NCBI GenBank assembly: GCA_964484655.1
Contig: CAZAFA010000001.1
Location: 164,742 to 228,741 of the forward strand
Length of the DNA stretch: 64,000 nucleotides
Direction: 5' to 3'
DNA from: an uncultured Candidatus Saccharibacteria bacterium
Lineage (GTDB): Bacteria > Patescibacteriota > Minisyncoccia > UBA6257 > 2-01-FULL-56-20
Of the stretch, positions 11,655 to 21,118 are shown piece after piece. Below the pieces are notes generated by a model. It was not told the origin of the DNA and ran no database searches. It worked only from the letters and a program-made list of their open reading frames with translations. The translations under genes were made by a program, and so were the position numbers. Positions within the stretch are counted from its first letter, which is position 1. The number at the start of each line of letters is the position of its first letter.

Positions 11655-12252
11655 CGCGTAGATTGCGGATGACGACCAGCTGGCTCGCGAACGCCGGTTT
11701 CGGGGCCTCGCGGGGTCGCACATCCACGTAGAACGTGACGCGTACCGCGCGCACGGCGCTTGGCTGCGAAGAGGTCGCCGGCAGCGGATCGCCGACGCCG
11801 GCCTGACCGGCGCCGTAATACGCGAACACCGGCGTGCTCGTCGTGCGCACCAGGTCGGTCATGACCGTCGCGACCTGCTCGCTCGAGGTCGCGTATCCGA
11901 GCGGGCTTCCGCTCGGCTTGATAACGCCGCGGACGAGAGTGCTCGTCCCGACGGCGTAGCGGATGCGCTCGACGAGCCCGTCAGCATCGATGTCGCTATA
12001 GAAGACCAGCGTGCTCGTGCTCGCCGACTCTACCGGAAACGCGCCCTGGCTGCTCGGCGCGGCCGATCGGATCTCGGTGACCATCTGATCGAGCATGATA
12101 TCCAGATCCTGGCGCGACTGCAGCTTCTGCCGCACGAGATTCCCGAGCGTATTGACGTTACCCCGTAGGCTCGCGACGACGAACACGAGCACGGCGAAGA
12201 TCGCTGCGGCTACCAGCAGCTCGATCACGGTGAATCCTGCGCGCTTGTTCAT
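11647..12252 (-). CDS. PilW/GspJ-like minor pilin
   Basis: MNKRAG|FTVIELLVA; C-terminal VVIRNL. Confidence 0.82.
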   Translation of the reverse strand: MNKRAGFTVIELLVAAAIFAVLVFVVASLRGNVNTLGNLVRQKLQSRQDLDIMLDQMVTEIRSAAPSSQGAFPVESASTSTLVFYSDIDADGLVERIRYAVGTSTLVRGVIKPSGSPLGYATSSEQVATVMTDLVRTTSTPVFAYYGAGQAGVGDPLPATSSQPSAVRAVRVTFYVDVRPREAPKPAFASQLVVIRNLRDE

Positions 12253-13964
12253 GACGGCTCGAGGCTAACGGAGACGGTCTTCCATCCGGCGCCGACGGTA
12301 ACCGGCACGCTCGCGGGCTGCCTGCCGGGCGCAGTCACGCTGACCGTGTAGCTCCCGGAAGCCAGGCCTGTGAAGAGCCGCTGTCCTCGCGGTACGCAGG
12401 GGCCAGCGAACTCGAAGGAAACCGCGCTGACGGTCGGGCTCGACGCCGGGCTGTCGGTGCTCAGATAGATGCGGTAGCGCACGTAGCGCTTGCCTTGGAC
12501 TGCCGCCGGCAGCGGGCCCGGGCCCGTGAAGTAGCTGCTCCCGCTTCCGTCAGGCCCGACGTAACTCCATCCCGAGCCGGTATCCGATCCGGCGACCTGG
12601 AACCGGATCGCGTCCGGACCCGATCCGTTCGACTGCCCGCTCCAGGAGAGGTGGGTCGCCGAAGCCGGCGTGCCGCCGAGGTCGATCGCCGCAGACTCGA
12701 GCGTCCCGTCGGTCGAGGTCGCATAAGGGCCTCCCTCAGGCGAGAGCGCAACCTGCGCTCCCGCGATCACCCCGGAAAGGCTCGCGCCGTCCCAGTCGGT
12801 CTCGCGGTAGGTCGCATACGAGGTGCTTGCAGCCGCCGACCCCGCGCCGCTGAGCACTACCATGGCCTCGAGCGGGTCCCCTGTGCCGGCGTCCCGGACC
12901 GTCACCTGGAGGGCCGAGGATGCCGCGGGCGCGAGGATGAAGCGGAAGGATTGCTCGCCGCCAGGCACGATTCCGGCGGGCAGGAGCGGGATCGTGCCTA
13001 CGAGGTCGAGGGATCCCTCGTACGCGAGCGCGTACGAGTCCCATTCCAGCGGGAGGGTCGTGGCGCCGCCGGTCCCGGTGTCTCCTGAGAACGCGTACTT
13101 AGGCACGTCCGGGCTTGTCCCGACGAGCTTGCCGCCAGTGGCGTCGAACGGCTGGCTCGCGATGGCCGTGCAGCGGATGTCGGCGCTGCTCACTGTGACG
13201 TTCGCGAGCAGGTCGATCGCGAAGCTCAGCTCGGTGACCGCCTGAGAACTGACCGTCGCGTGCGGCTTAACCGGGTTCGGATTCCCCGTCCCGCCGGGAG
13301 CATACGTGCGCTCGGACGAATAGCCGTCCTTGGTCACCGCGACCTGATACGCCTGCGTGCTCGTCGGGACGTCGACCAGCTGCAGCCTGCCGCTCGCGTC
13401 CGTGACATCGGTGAAGTCGATCGCAGGCGAAGTCGACGCGTTGACGATGTGCACCGACGCGCCGGGTACGGCATGCCCGTTCGCGTCGAAGACTGAGACG
13501 AAGAGCGACCCGTTGCCGGAAGCGCTCTCGAGCCCGCGCGGCGCGACCGTGGTGGTGATCGCGATCGGCGAGAAGCGTGCGCAGGTTGGGCACGTAGCGG
13601 TCAGCTCCACGAGCTTGTAGTCGGCAGGCGCGGTATCCGCGGGCGTCGAGGTGACCGTCCCGTCGAAAGGATCGTCGACATTCCGGACCGCCGCTTGGAC
13701 GACGAACGTGCTCCCGTTCCAGTCGACCTGCTCGGCCTGGAGCAGGACGCCGGCGGGAATGCCACCCTGCACGCCGACCTGCTCGTACGCGAGCGTGCGC
13801 ACGACCTCCACCCGCTCGGCGAGGATCCCTGCCGCCGCCCTCCGGAGCTCGAAGTTGCTCGCGGTATCGAGGATGGCGAAATAGACGAGGAAGATGCCGC
13901 CGAAGAGCGTGGCGATGATCCCTATGGCGAGGATGAGGTCGACGAGGCTGAATCCGTTCCGCAT
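12249..13964 (-). CDS. PilV-like pilin fused to beta-sandwich (carboxypeptidase-regulatory-like) domains
   Basis: MRNG|FSLVDL class III-like signal; V.DANG.AVPGASV.I...TDASG...Y.V.V.KDGY pattern. Confidence 0.75.
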   Translation of the reverse strand: MRNGFSLVDLILAIGIIATLFGGIFLVYFAILDTASNFELRRAAAGILAERVEVVRTLAYEQVGVQGGIPAGVLLQAEQVDWNGSTFVVQAAVRNVDDPFDGTVTSTPADTAPADYKLVELTATCPTCARFSPIAITTTVAPRGLESASGNGSLFVSVFDANGHAVPGASVHIVNASTSPAIDFTDVTDASGRLQLVDVPTSTQAYQVAVTKDGYSSERTYAPGGTGNPNPVKPHATVSSQAVTELSFAIDLLANVTVSSADIRCTAIASQPFDATGGKLVGTSPDVPKYAFSGDTGTGGATTLPLEWDSYALAYEGSLDLVGTIPLLPAGIVPGGEQSFRFILAPAASSALQVTVRDAGTGDPLEAMVVLSGAGSAAASTSYATYRETDWDGASLSGVIAGAQVALSPEGGPYATSTDGTLESAAIDLGGTPASATHLSWSGQSNGSGPDAIRFQVAGSDTGSGWSYVGPDGSGSSYFTGPGPLPAAVQGKRYVRYRIYLSTDSPASSPTVSAVSFEFAGPCVPRGQRLFTGLASGSYTVSVTAPGRQPASVPVTVGAGWKTVSVSLEPS

Positions 13965-13966
13965 CG

Positions 13967-15031
13967 CTACCTGATGCCCTGCGACAGCGAGTAGATGGGG
14001 AGGATGATCGAGAGCGCGACGAAGCCGACCAGGAGGCCCATCCCGACGAGGAGAATCGGCTCGAGGAGCGCGGTCATCGTCTTCAGGGCCTCGTCCGTCT
14101 CCTCGGTGTAGTGCTCCGAGAGATAGATGAGGTTCCCCTCCAGGTTGCCGGTCTGCTCGCCGATGGTGACGATGCCCGTCATCAGCGGCGGGAATGCGCG
14201 CGGGTAGCGCTCGAGCTCGGCGCCGAGCGATTCCCCCCTACGGATGCCGTCAGCCGCTCTCATGAGCACGTCCTTGTAGACGAGGTTGCTGAAGGTCGCG
14301 CTCGTGACCTGGATGCCCTCGACGATGTGGACGCCGCTCTTGAGGAGGATGCCCAGCACGCGGCTGAAGTTCGCCACGTTGACGTTCATCATGAGCTGCC
14401 CGGTCACGGGAATCCCGAGCAGGAAGCCGTGGAACGCCTTCCGGAACGGCCGCACCCGCGTGAAGAGGAACCGCAGGCCGACGATCGCCGCGATCGCGGC
14501 GAGGCCGCCGACGATGCCGTACTTGGAGAGGACGTCGAGTACGCCGATGAGGATGCGCGTCGTCAGCGGGAGCTGGACGTTGAAACCCGAGAGCACGGGC
14601 AGGATCTTCGGGAAAACGAAGAAGGTGAGGAAGCTGACGACCGCGATCGTGGCAACCAGGAGCACCACCGGATAGATCAGGGCGGAGCGGACCTTCCCCT
14701 GCAGCTCGCGCCCCTTCCTGATCTCGTCGGCGAGGTACGCCAGGTTGTCCCCGAGCGTGCCGCTCGCCTCCCCGACGCGGACGATGTTGGTGAAGAAGTC
14801 CCCGAACAGCTGCGGGAACCGCCCGAGGCTGTCCGCGAGCGGACGGCCCGCGTTGACGTCGGCGACGAGCTGGTCGATGACCGCGCCCAAGGTCTTGCTG
14901 AAGCGCTGGCGGCGGAGCATCTGCAGCCCCTCGAGAAGCGGCAGGCCTGCCCGCACGACCATCGAAAGGTGCCGCGCGAAGGTGATCTTCTCCTGCGTCT
15001 TGAGGCGCGCGAAGCGCGATATCCCGGCCAT
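13967..15031 (-). CDS. pilC: Type IV pilus/T2SS platform protein PilC/GspF
   Basis: F.RHLS..VRAGLPL, GEASGTL, SALIYP, GEQTGNL, LLEP motifs; start at MAGIS. Confidence 0.9.
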   Translation of the reverse strand: MAGISRFARLKTQEKITFARHLSMVVRAGLPLLEGLQMLRRQRFSKTLGAVIDQLVADVNAGRPLADSLGRFPQLFGDFFTNIVRVGEASGTLGDNLAYLADEIRKGRELQGKVRSALIYPVVLLVATIAVVSFLTFFVFPKILPVLSGFNVQLPLTTRILIGVLDVLSKYGIVGGLAAIAAIVGLRFLFTRVRPFRKAFHGFLLGIPVTGQLMMNVNVANFSRVLGILLKSGVHIVEGIQVTSATFSNLVYKDVLMRAADGIRRGESLGAELERYPRAFPPLMTGIVTIGEQTGNLEGNLIYLSEHYTEETDEALKTMTALLEPILLVGMGLLVGFVALSIILPIYSLSQGIR

Positions 15032-15033
15032 GG

Positions 15034-16269
15034 TCAGTCGAAGATGATGCGGATGACCTCCTCGATCGAGGTCAGGCCTGCGGCCGCCTTCTCGGCGCCG
15101 TCGCGCATCATGGTCTTCATCCCCTCCTCCACGGCCTTCTTCTTGATGTCTGCGGCTGACGCGCGCTCGAGCACCAGGTGCTGGATCGCCGGCGTCATGG
15201 GAAGCACCTCGCGGATGCCGATGCGTCCGCGGTAACCGGTTCCGTGGCACTTCTCGCAGCCGCGCGGCGCCCAGAGCTGCTCGAGATCCTCGTGGCGCAC
15301 GTCGCCCCCGAAAAGCTCAAGGAGGCTGGCCCGCTCCTTCTCCGTCACCGGCCTGATCACCTTGCACGCGTCGCAGAGTGTGCGGACCAGCCGCTGCCCC
15401 ATCGCGATGTTGACCGTCGACGCGACCAGGAAGGGCGGCACGCCCATGTCGATCAGGCGCGGGAAGGTCGTCGCCGCGTCGTTAGTGTGCAGGGTGGAGA
15501 GCACGAGGTGGCCAGTGAGCGCCGCATTCACGGCGATGCCTGCCGTCTCCTCGTCGCGGATCTCGCCCACCATGAGGATGTTCGGGTCCTGACGGAGGAT
15601 ACTGCGGAGCCCCGACGCGAAGGTGAAGCCCACCTGCTGGTTCGTCTGCATCTGCGTCACTCCCTCGAGCGCGTACTCGATCGGGTCCTCGATGGTTATG
15701 ATCGAGCGGTCCGGCTGGTTGAGCTCCTTGAGGATCGTGTAGAGGGTGGTCGTCTTGCCGGATCCGGTAGGCCCGTTGGCGAGGATCATGCCGTAGGGCC
15801 GCATGATCGCGCGCCGTACGCGCGCGAGAGCGTCAGACTGGAAGCCGAGCGACTCGAGCGTGAAGGCCTCGCTCTCGGCAAGGATGCGCAGCACCGCGTT
15901 CTCGCCGTGGTACGTCGGCGCGATGGAGACGCGGACGGCGAGGTCGATGCCCTCGAAGGCCACCTTGAGGCGCCCGTCCTGCGGCACGAGGTGCTCGTCC
16001 GTGCGCAGGCCGCACATGACTTTGATGCGGCTGACGACCTCCTCGTGAAGCTCCTTCGGGAGCCCCTCACCGAGCGCGTCCTGGAGCATGCCGTCGATGC
16101 GGAAGCGGAGGCGCACCTTGTCCTTCTCCGGCTCGATATGAACGTCCGACGCCTGTGTGGCATAGGCGAACTCGACGATGAGGTCGACGAGCGCGACGAT
16201 GGAGACCTCGCCGTGGGCGCGGTTCAGCGCATCAACGAAGGCGGACTTGATCTCCTCGGGATCGCGCAT
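15034..16269 (-). CDS. pilB: Type IV pilus assembly ATPase PilB/GspE family (no N-terminal extension)
   Basis: ASDVHIEP, GPTGSGKTTTLY, TIEDPIEY, LRQDP, STLHTN, two CxxC motifs. Confidence 0.9.
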   Translation of the reverse strand: MRDPEEIKSAFVDALNRAHGEVSIVALVDLIVEFAYATQASDVHIEPEKDKVRLRFRIDGMLQDALGEGLPKELHEEVVSRIKVMCGLRTDEHLVPQDGRLKVAFEGIDLAVRVSIAPTYHGENAVLRILAESEAFTLESLGFQSDALARVRRAIMRPYGMILANGPTGSGKTTTLYTILKELNQPDRSIITIEDPIEYALEGVTQMQTNQQVGFTFASGLRSILRQDPNILMVGEIRDEETAGIAVNAALTGHLVLSTLHTNDAATTFPRLIDMGVPPFLVASTVNIAMGQRLVRTLCDACKVIRPVTEKERASLLELFGGDVRHEDLEQLWAPRGCEKCHGTGYRGRIGIREVLPMTPAIQHLVLERASAADIKKKAVEEGMKTMMRDGAEKAAAGLTSIEEVIRIIFD

Positions 16270-16513
16270 GGATGCGCCCAGTATAGCACTGCGCCGCGAC
16301 GCCGCGCCGCTCAGATACCGAGGAGCGCCCTGCTCGCCGTGGCGAACCGGTTGGCGCCTCGGCTGAGGCTTGCGCTGATGAGGAATATGCGGATCGGCAT
16401 AGCTCGAGGATGAGCTGCTCCGATGAAACCCTCGTGAAGGAGCCCTTCACCCCACCGCCATCGCCTTTCGTTACTCTGGCCGCATGAGAAAGGTCGGCAC
16501 CAGACAACACACC

Positions 16514-16669
16514 ATGAACGCGCCGCGTTACAACACCTGGGAGGAGCTCCATCGCCTCACCCGCACCGTCGAGTGGGATCTGATGGGCGAGCAGTTCCCG
16601 AGGATCAAGAACTGGCCATCGCGATCCCGCACGAAGCCGCTGAAGTTCCGCCGCGATCTCTACGAGTGA
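16514..16669 (+). CDS. Small hypothetical protein (51 aa)
   Basis: Genome-typical codon usage; followed by a hairpin at 16699-16727. Confidence 0.45.
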   Translation: MNAPRYNTWEELHRLTRTVEWDLMGEQFPRIKNWPSRSRTKPLKFRRDLYE

Positions 16670-16698
16670 TCGCGCACCGCTTACCAAGCAGAGCAACC

Positions 16699-16727
16699 AC
16701 CCCCAGTCGCCCTCACCGGCTGGGGGT
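16699..16727 (+). terminator. Hairpin, possible terminator
   Basis: ACCCCCAGTCG-7nt-CGGCTGGGGGT. Confidence 0.45.
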
Positions 16728-16767
16728 TCATCTCGCGTTCATGAAAACGGGTGTATGGTATGTCCAT

Positions 16768-17439
16768 ATGCGCCTCCTCATCATCGAAGATGATGCTGCA
16801 ATCGCGTTCTCGGTGAAGAACGCGCTGGAAAGCCAGGGATACGCCGTCGACCACCTCCCGGACGGCGAGCGCGGAGCGCAGCGGCTCGGGCTCTATCACG
16901 AGTCCTACGACGCGGTCGTTCTCGATGTGTCCCTTCCCGGCAAGAGCGGGATAGTGGTATGCCGCGAGGCGCGTCAGCGAGGCATCACCACCCCTGTTCT
17001 CATGCTGACCGGCCTCGACGGAGTCGAGGACCGCGTGCACGGGCTCGACGCGGGCGCCGACGACTACCTCGTGAAGCCTTTCGCCCTCGACGAGCTGCTC
17101 GCGCGCCTGCGCGCGCTCACCCGCCGCCAACCTCTCGTGCACGGTACCGAGCTCGCGGCTGGGCCGCTCAGGCTCAACACGGCCACCCGCCGCGTCACAG
17201 CCTGCGGCGAAGATCTCAATCTCACTCTGAAGGAGTTCGCCGTCCTCGAATACCTGCTCCGTCATGCCGGGAAGGTAGTCAGCCGCGAGGAGCTGATCGA
17301 CCACGCCTGGGACTTCAACGGCGGCACCTTCAGCAACACCGTCGACGTTCATGTCAGCCGCATCCGCCGGAAGCTCGGAGATGCCGCTGCCTGCCTCGAA
17401 TCCATCAAGGGCGTCGGTTACCGCCTTTCCGAGGTATGA
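16768..17439 (+). CDS. OmpR-family response regulator
   Basis: LLIIEDD, VLDVSLPG, GADDYLVKPF, winged-helix VDVHVSRIRRKL..IKGVGY. Confidence 0.93.
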   Translation: MRLLIIEDDAAIAFSVKNALESQGYAVDHLPDGERGAQRLGLYHESYDAVVLDVSLPGKSGIVVCREARQRGITTPVLMLTGLDGVEDRVHGLDAGADDYLVKPFALDELLARLRALTRRQPLVHGTELAAGPLRLNTATRRVTACGEDLNLTLKEFAVLEYLLRHAGKVVSREELIDHAWDFNGGTFSNTVDVHVSRIRRKLGDAAACLESIKGVGYRLSEV

Positions 17440-19268
17440 AGCGGCTCTATCGAATCCAGCAGAATGACCTGCCGATCGATAGCCTCACCTTCATCAGCGA
17501 GGCCACCGACGGTCTCGTCGTTCTCGATGGAAGTTGGCGCTACATCTACGTAAACGAGCCTGCCGCTCAGCTTTCCGGCCATGTCGCCTCCGAGCTTCTC
17601 GACCGCAGCGCTATCGAGGTACATCCGGACTTCGAGAACACGATATTCTTCCAGCATTACGCGGCGGCGCGCGCTGAGAACAGGGTGCAGCGCTTCGAGT
17701 TCTACTATCCACATCTGGAGCGGTGGTACACCATCACCGTCTATCCTAGCCCTGACCAGCGCCTCTTCATCTATTTCTCTGATATCACGCCCTGGAAGAG
17801 GAAGGAGGAGCAGCTCAGGCTCCTCGTCGACAACATCGAGGCCCACGCGATCTGCATGCTGAGTCCCGAGGGCACCATAATCCGCTGGAACCCCGGCGCG
17901 CAGCAGCTGTTCGGCTATACAAGCGAGGAGGCGGAGGGCAAGCACCTTTCCATGCTCTACCTGCCCGAGCATCGTCGGGAGGGCCAGCCGCTCCTCGCGC
18001 TCGCCGACGCGGCCGAGAACGGACGCCACGTGGCGCAGGGCTGGCAGAGCAGGCGACGCGGGCGCTTCTGGTCCCATTATTCGCTCAGCGCGATCAGGGA
18101 CAGCGACGGCGTGCTCGTCGGATTCACCCTGGTAGCCCAGGACCGTACCGTACCCTACACGACCAGGCTCGCCCTCGAGGAGCGGACGGCGCAGCTCGAG
18201 CGCGAGAAGGCGAAGGCCGATGCGCTCCTGAGCAGCATCGGCGAAGGCGTCATCGCCACCGACGGCGAAGGCAAGATCGTACTCTTCAATCCGCAAGCGG
18301 AGCGCATGACGCATGTCTCAGAGAAGGAAGCCCTGGGAAGACACTACGGACGCGTCATGAAGATCGAGGCCGAGGACGGCACGCGCATCCCTGAGGAGGA
18401 AACCGCCTTAGGCAAGACGCTCGCTACCGGGAAGAAGCACGAGAGCCCGCCTGGTCGCTACTTCGTTCCCCGCTACGGGAACCGCTTCCCGGTCGTGGTG
18501 TCGGCCAACCCTCTGGTCCTCGACGGCGAGCTGACAGGCGTGATCGCCGTGCTCCGGAACGTGACCAAGGAGCACGATGCCGATCGCGCCAAGAGCGAGT
18601 TCGTGTCGCTGGTCTCGCATCAGCTCCGCACGCCGCTCACGGCGATGAAGCTCCTCGGCGACCTGCTCGCGAAGGAGACCGTGGGTTCCCTTTCCGAGCA
18701 GCAGCTCCAGATCGTCGGCCGCATGAACGAATCCACGGAAAAGATGATCGCGCTGGTCAACGCTTTGCTCAACGTCTCGCGGATCGAGAACTCCACCCTC
18801 ACCGCGAACCTCGTCACTGCCGACTTCAGCGATGTCGTGGACGAGGTGATCTCCGAGCTCCGTCCGCTCATCCGGATGCGCCAGCTCGTGCTGCGCTATA
18901 CCCCGCTGAAGGGAGAGGCCCCGGTCACAACCGATCCCGGCCTGCTCCGCCAGGTGGTCGCGAACGTCGTCAGCAACGCTATCCAATATTCCCCGCGCCG
19001 CAAGCATCTCGAGATCGAGGTCCGCAAGAAGGGGTCGTCCTACGTCCTTTCCGTCCGCGACTGGGGCATCGGCATCCCGGAGGACATGCGCGACCGCGTC
19101 TTCGCCCGTTTCTTCCGATCACCTGGCGCCGTGAAGCACAAGCCGGACGGCACCGGCCTGGGCCTCTATCTCTCGCACAAGATCATGGAGCTCCTCGGCG
19201 GCCGTATCTGGTTCAAGCCCGGCGAGGGCGGCGGCACCGTCTTCAATGTCAGCCTACCCGCTCAGTGA
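17436..19268 (+). CDS. Cytoplasmic multi-PAS sensor histidine kinase
   Basis: Three PAS-like segments; H-box SHQLRTPL, N-box NVVSNAIQY, DWGIGI, GTGLGL; ATGA overlap with the regulator. Confidence 0.92.
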   Translation: MKRLYRIQQNDLPIDSLTFISEATDGLVVLDGSWRYIYVNEPAAQLSGHVASELLDRSAIEVHPDFENTIFFQHYAAARAENRVQRFEFYYPHLERWYTITVYPSPDQRLFIYFSDITPWKRKEEQLRLLVDNIEAHAICMLSPEGTIIRWNPGAQQLFGYTSEEAEGKHLSMLYLPEHRREGQPLLALADAAENGRHVAQGWQSRRRGRFWSHYSLSAIRDSDGVLVGFTLVAQDRTVPYTTRLALEERTAQLEREKAKADALLSSIGEGVIATDGEGKIVLFNPQAERMTHVSEKEALGRHYGRVMKIEAEDGTRIPEEETALGKTLATGKKHESPPGRYFVPRYGNRFPVVVSANPLVLDGELTGVIAVLRNVTKEHDADRAKSEFVSLVSHQLRTPLTAMKLLGDLLAKETVGSLSEQQLQIVGRMNESTEKMIALVNALLNVSRIENSTLTANLVTADFSDVVDEVISELRPLIRMRQLVLRYTPLKGEAPVTTDPGLLRQVVANVVSNAIQYSPRRKHLEIEVRKKGSSYVLSVRDWGIGIPEDMRDRVFARFFRSPGAVKHKPDGTGLGLYLSHKIMELLGGRIWFKPGEGGGTVFNVSLPAQ

Positions 19269-19635
19269 CCGCACCGTGCTCGTCGCAGAGGACGAGCAGG
19301 ACATTGCCGAGGCCTACCGGCTCTTCCTCGAGTCGAACGGCTTCCCGGTGAAGGTAGTCGCGGACGGCCGAATGGCCATCAGGGAGGCGCGCACCGGGAA
19401 TTATGACGTAATGCTCCTCGACCTCCTCATGCCCCACAAGAACGGGTTCGAGGTTCTCGAGGCGCTGAATAGGCTCGGCATGACGGAGCGGATATCGATC
19501 ATCGTCGTCTCGAACCTGAGCCAGCCGGCTGACGCGCTTCGTTGCAAGGAGCTCGGCGCGGCGGAGTACGAGGTCAAGTCGAACATATCGCTCGACGATC
19601 TCTTGAAGAAGATACGCAAGCACGCCCGACGTTGA
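19246..19635 (+). CDS. Single-domain response regulator
   Basis: VLVAEDE, LLDLLMP, SNL and EVKSN receiver motifs. Confidence 0.88.
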   Translation: MSAYPLSDRTVLVAEDEQDIAEAYRLFLESNGFPVKVVADGRMAIREARTGNYDVMLLDLLMPHKNGFEVLEALNRLGMTERISIIVVSNLSQPADALRCKELGAAEYEVKSNISLDDLLKKIRKHARR

Positions 19636-19772
19636 TTCCCTTAACAGTGGCTTCATGCAGTCCTCGTATGCTGGACGAGGACTGCTAGCCGCGCACCTGC
19701 GGCCTGGCAATGGGATCGGAGAAACATCCGCGAGTTGCATCGTAGCTGCAGCGCGCGACCACACTGCCAAAC

Positions 19773-20423
19773 ATGACCCTACGTAAACTCCTTACCTCGG
19801 TACTTGGACTGGTCCTCATCGTCGGTCCTGAGCTCGCACATGCAGAAGTCACGCAGCCAGGTTCGCCGCGCCTGGTGATCAGGCGTGCCGTACCTACCTC
19901 GACGGCTGATTACTATCATCGCATCGCCCACCAGGAGGTGACCGTGCTCAATCTCGGCGACGGCATCGCGAAGGGCGTGGTCCTTCACGATGTGATCTCC
20001 AAGCCGAACGGCGAGATCGTGCACGATGAGCCGTGGGAGATCGGCACGATGGCTCCGGGAGAAGGCGCGACGCTTACCTATGACGTCGCGTTCTCCATGC
20101 TCGCGCCCTCCGGCTCGTACAGCGTCGTAGCCCAAGTACAGGCTGAGAGCGGCGTTGCCGCCATGGTGGTCGGCATCATCGAGGTCCTGCCCTCCTCACT
20201 GTCACGAGCAGGCCGTGAGCATGCTGAAATCGAGCTTGCGAGTAGAGAGCCTGACGAGGGCGTGGCGTATGCGGCAACCGGCAGCGGTAATGACGGTCAT
20301 CCCCGTCCCCCGCTCCCCTCTTCGACAATGACACCTCTCCTGTTCTTCCTCGGGGCAGTCCTCTGCGCTCTGGGCGTCAGGATCCTGCGCAACGAAGGAT
20401 CCGTGGGCGGTCAGGCATCCTGA
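19773..20423 (+). CDS. Secreted, C-terminally anchored protein with DUF11/Ig-like domain
   Basis: Signal peptide ending AHA; VTVLNLGDG.AKGVVLHD; C-terminal TM plus basic residues. Confidence 0.65.
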   Translation: MTLRKLLTSVLGLVLIVGPELAHAEVTQPGSPRLVIRRAVPTSTADYYHRIAHQEVTVLNLGDGIAKGVVLHDVISKPNGEIVHDEPWEIGTMAPGEGATLTYDVAFSMLAPSGSYSVVAQVQAESGVAAMVVGIIEVLPSSLSRAGREHAEIELASREPDEGVAYAATGSGNDGHPRPPLPSSTMTPLLFFLGAVLCALGVRILRNEGSVGGQAS

Positions 20424-21118
20424 CCTGAGGAGCGGCGCTTGCGCCAGTCCCAGATAATCAGTCCCAGCATCCAGGCTCCGAGTATGGGCAGGACGATCCA
20501 CATGTCGGTCCCGTTCGGCGTAGCTATCTCGATCGCCTTGCTGCCGAGCAGGTACATCACCGTCCCCGCGATCGTGTCCCAGAGGAAGGTCGCCGCGACG
20601 GCGTACACGAGGAAGCGGCGGAACGGGATCGCCATGATGCCTGCTGCCGTGTCCGTGAGAGCGGCGATGCTCGGCATCCAGTAGGTCGCAAACAGGGCCC
20701 AGAGGCCGCGCTTCTCGAGGCGGTGTCGCGCCTGCGCGATCGGGCCCTTGAGACCGAACCTCGAGAGGAGGCGGTACCAGCCGTGCCTGCCGAGCTGGTA
20801 GTTCACGATATGCGCGGCGATGAGGCCGAGACTGCCCACGATGACCGCGACCACCGCCTCCTGCCAGCTGCGCGCGACGATGACGGCAACCGTAATGATG
20901 AAGACGCCCGGGAAGTAGCCGCCCACCAGCAGCGTCCCTTCTGCCATGGCGGCGAGAAAGAGGACTGGCAGCCCGTACCGGGAGAGCCAGCCCGCGATCG
21001 TGTCTGCCAGCACCTGGGCCGGCGGGAGGTCGAACACGTTCCAAAAGACCCGCAGCGAGAGCGACACGGCCAACAGGAAGAGCGGCACCGAGAGCAGGGC
21101 AAGATAGCGCTTGATCAT
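20411..21118 (-). CDS. DedA/VTT family membrane protein
   Basis: EG..LVGGYFPG, Y.LGR.G, AAG...IPFRRF motifs. Confidence 0.8.
   Translation of the reverse strand: MIKRYLALLSVPLFLLAVSLSLRVFWNVFDLPPAQVLADTIAGWLSRYGLPVLFLAAMAEGTLLVGGYFPGVFIITVAVIVARSWQEAVVAVIVGSLGLIAAHIVNYQLGRHGWYRLLSRFGLKGPIAQARHRLEKRGLWALFATYWMPSIAALTDTAAGIMAIPFRRFLVYAVAATFLWDTIAGTVMYLLGSKAIEIATPNGTDMWIVLPILGAWMLGLIIWDWRKRRSSGQDA

Noticed and set aside
16375-16432. Hammerhead-like CTGATGA...GAAA
   Set aside because: Stem II does not start directly after CUGAUGA, and I could not form stems I and III with an NUH cleavage site.
19705-19769. c-di-GMP-I riboswitch
   Set aside because: It has GGCAA and GAAA but lacks the GCAAAC/GACGCAAAG core arrangement.
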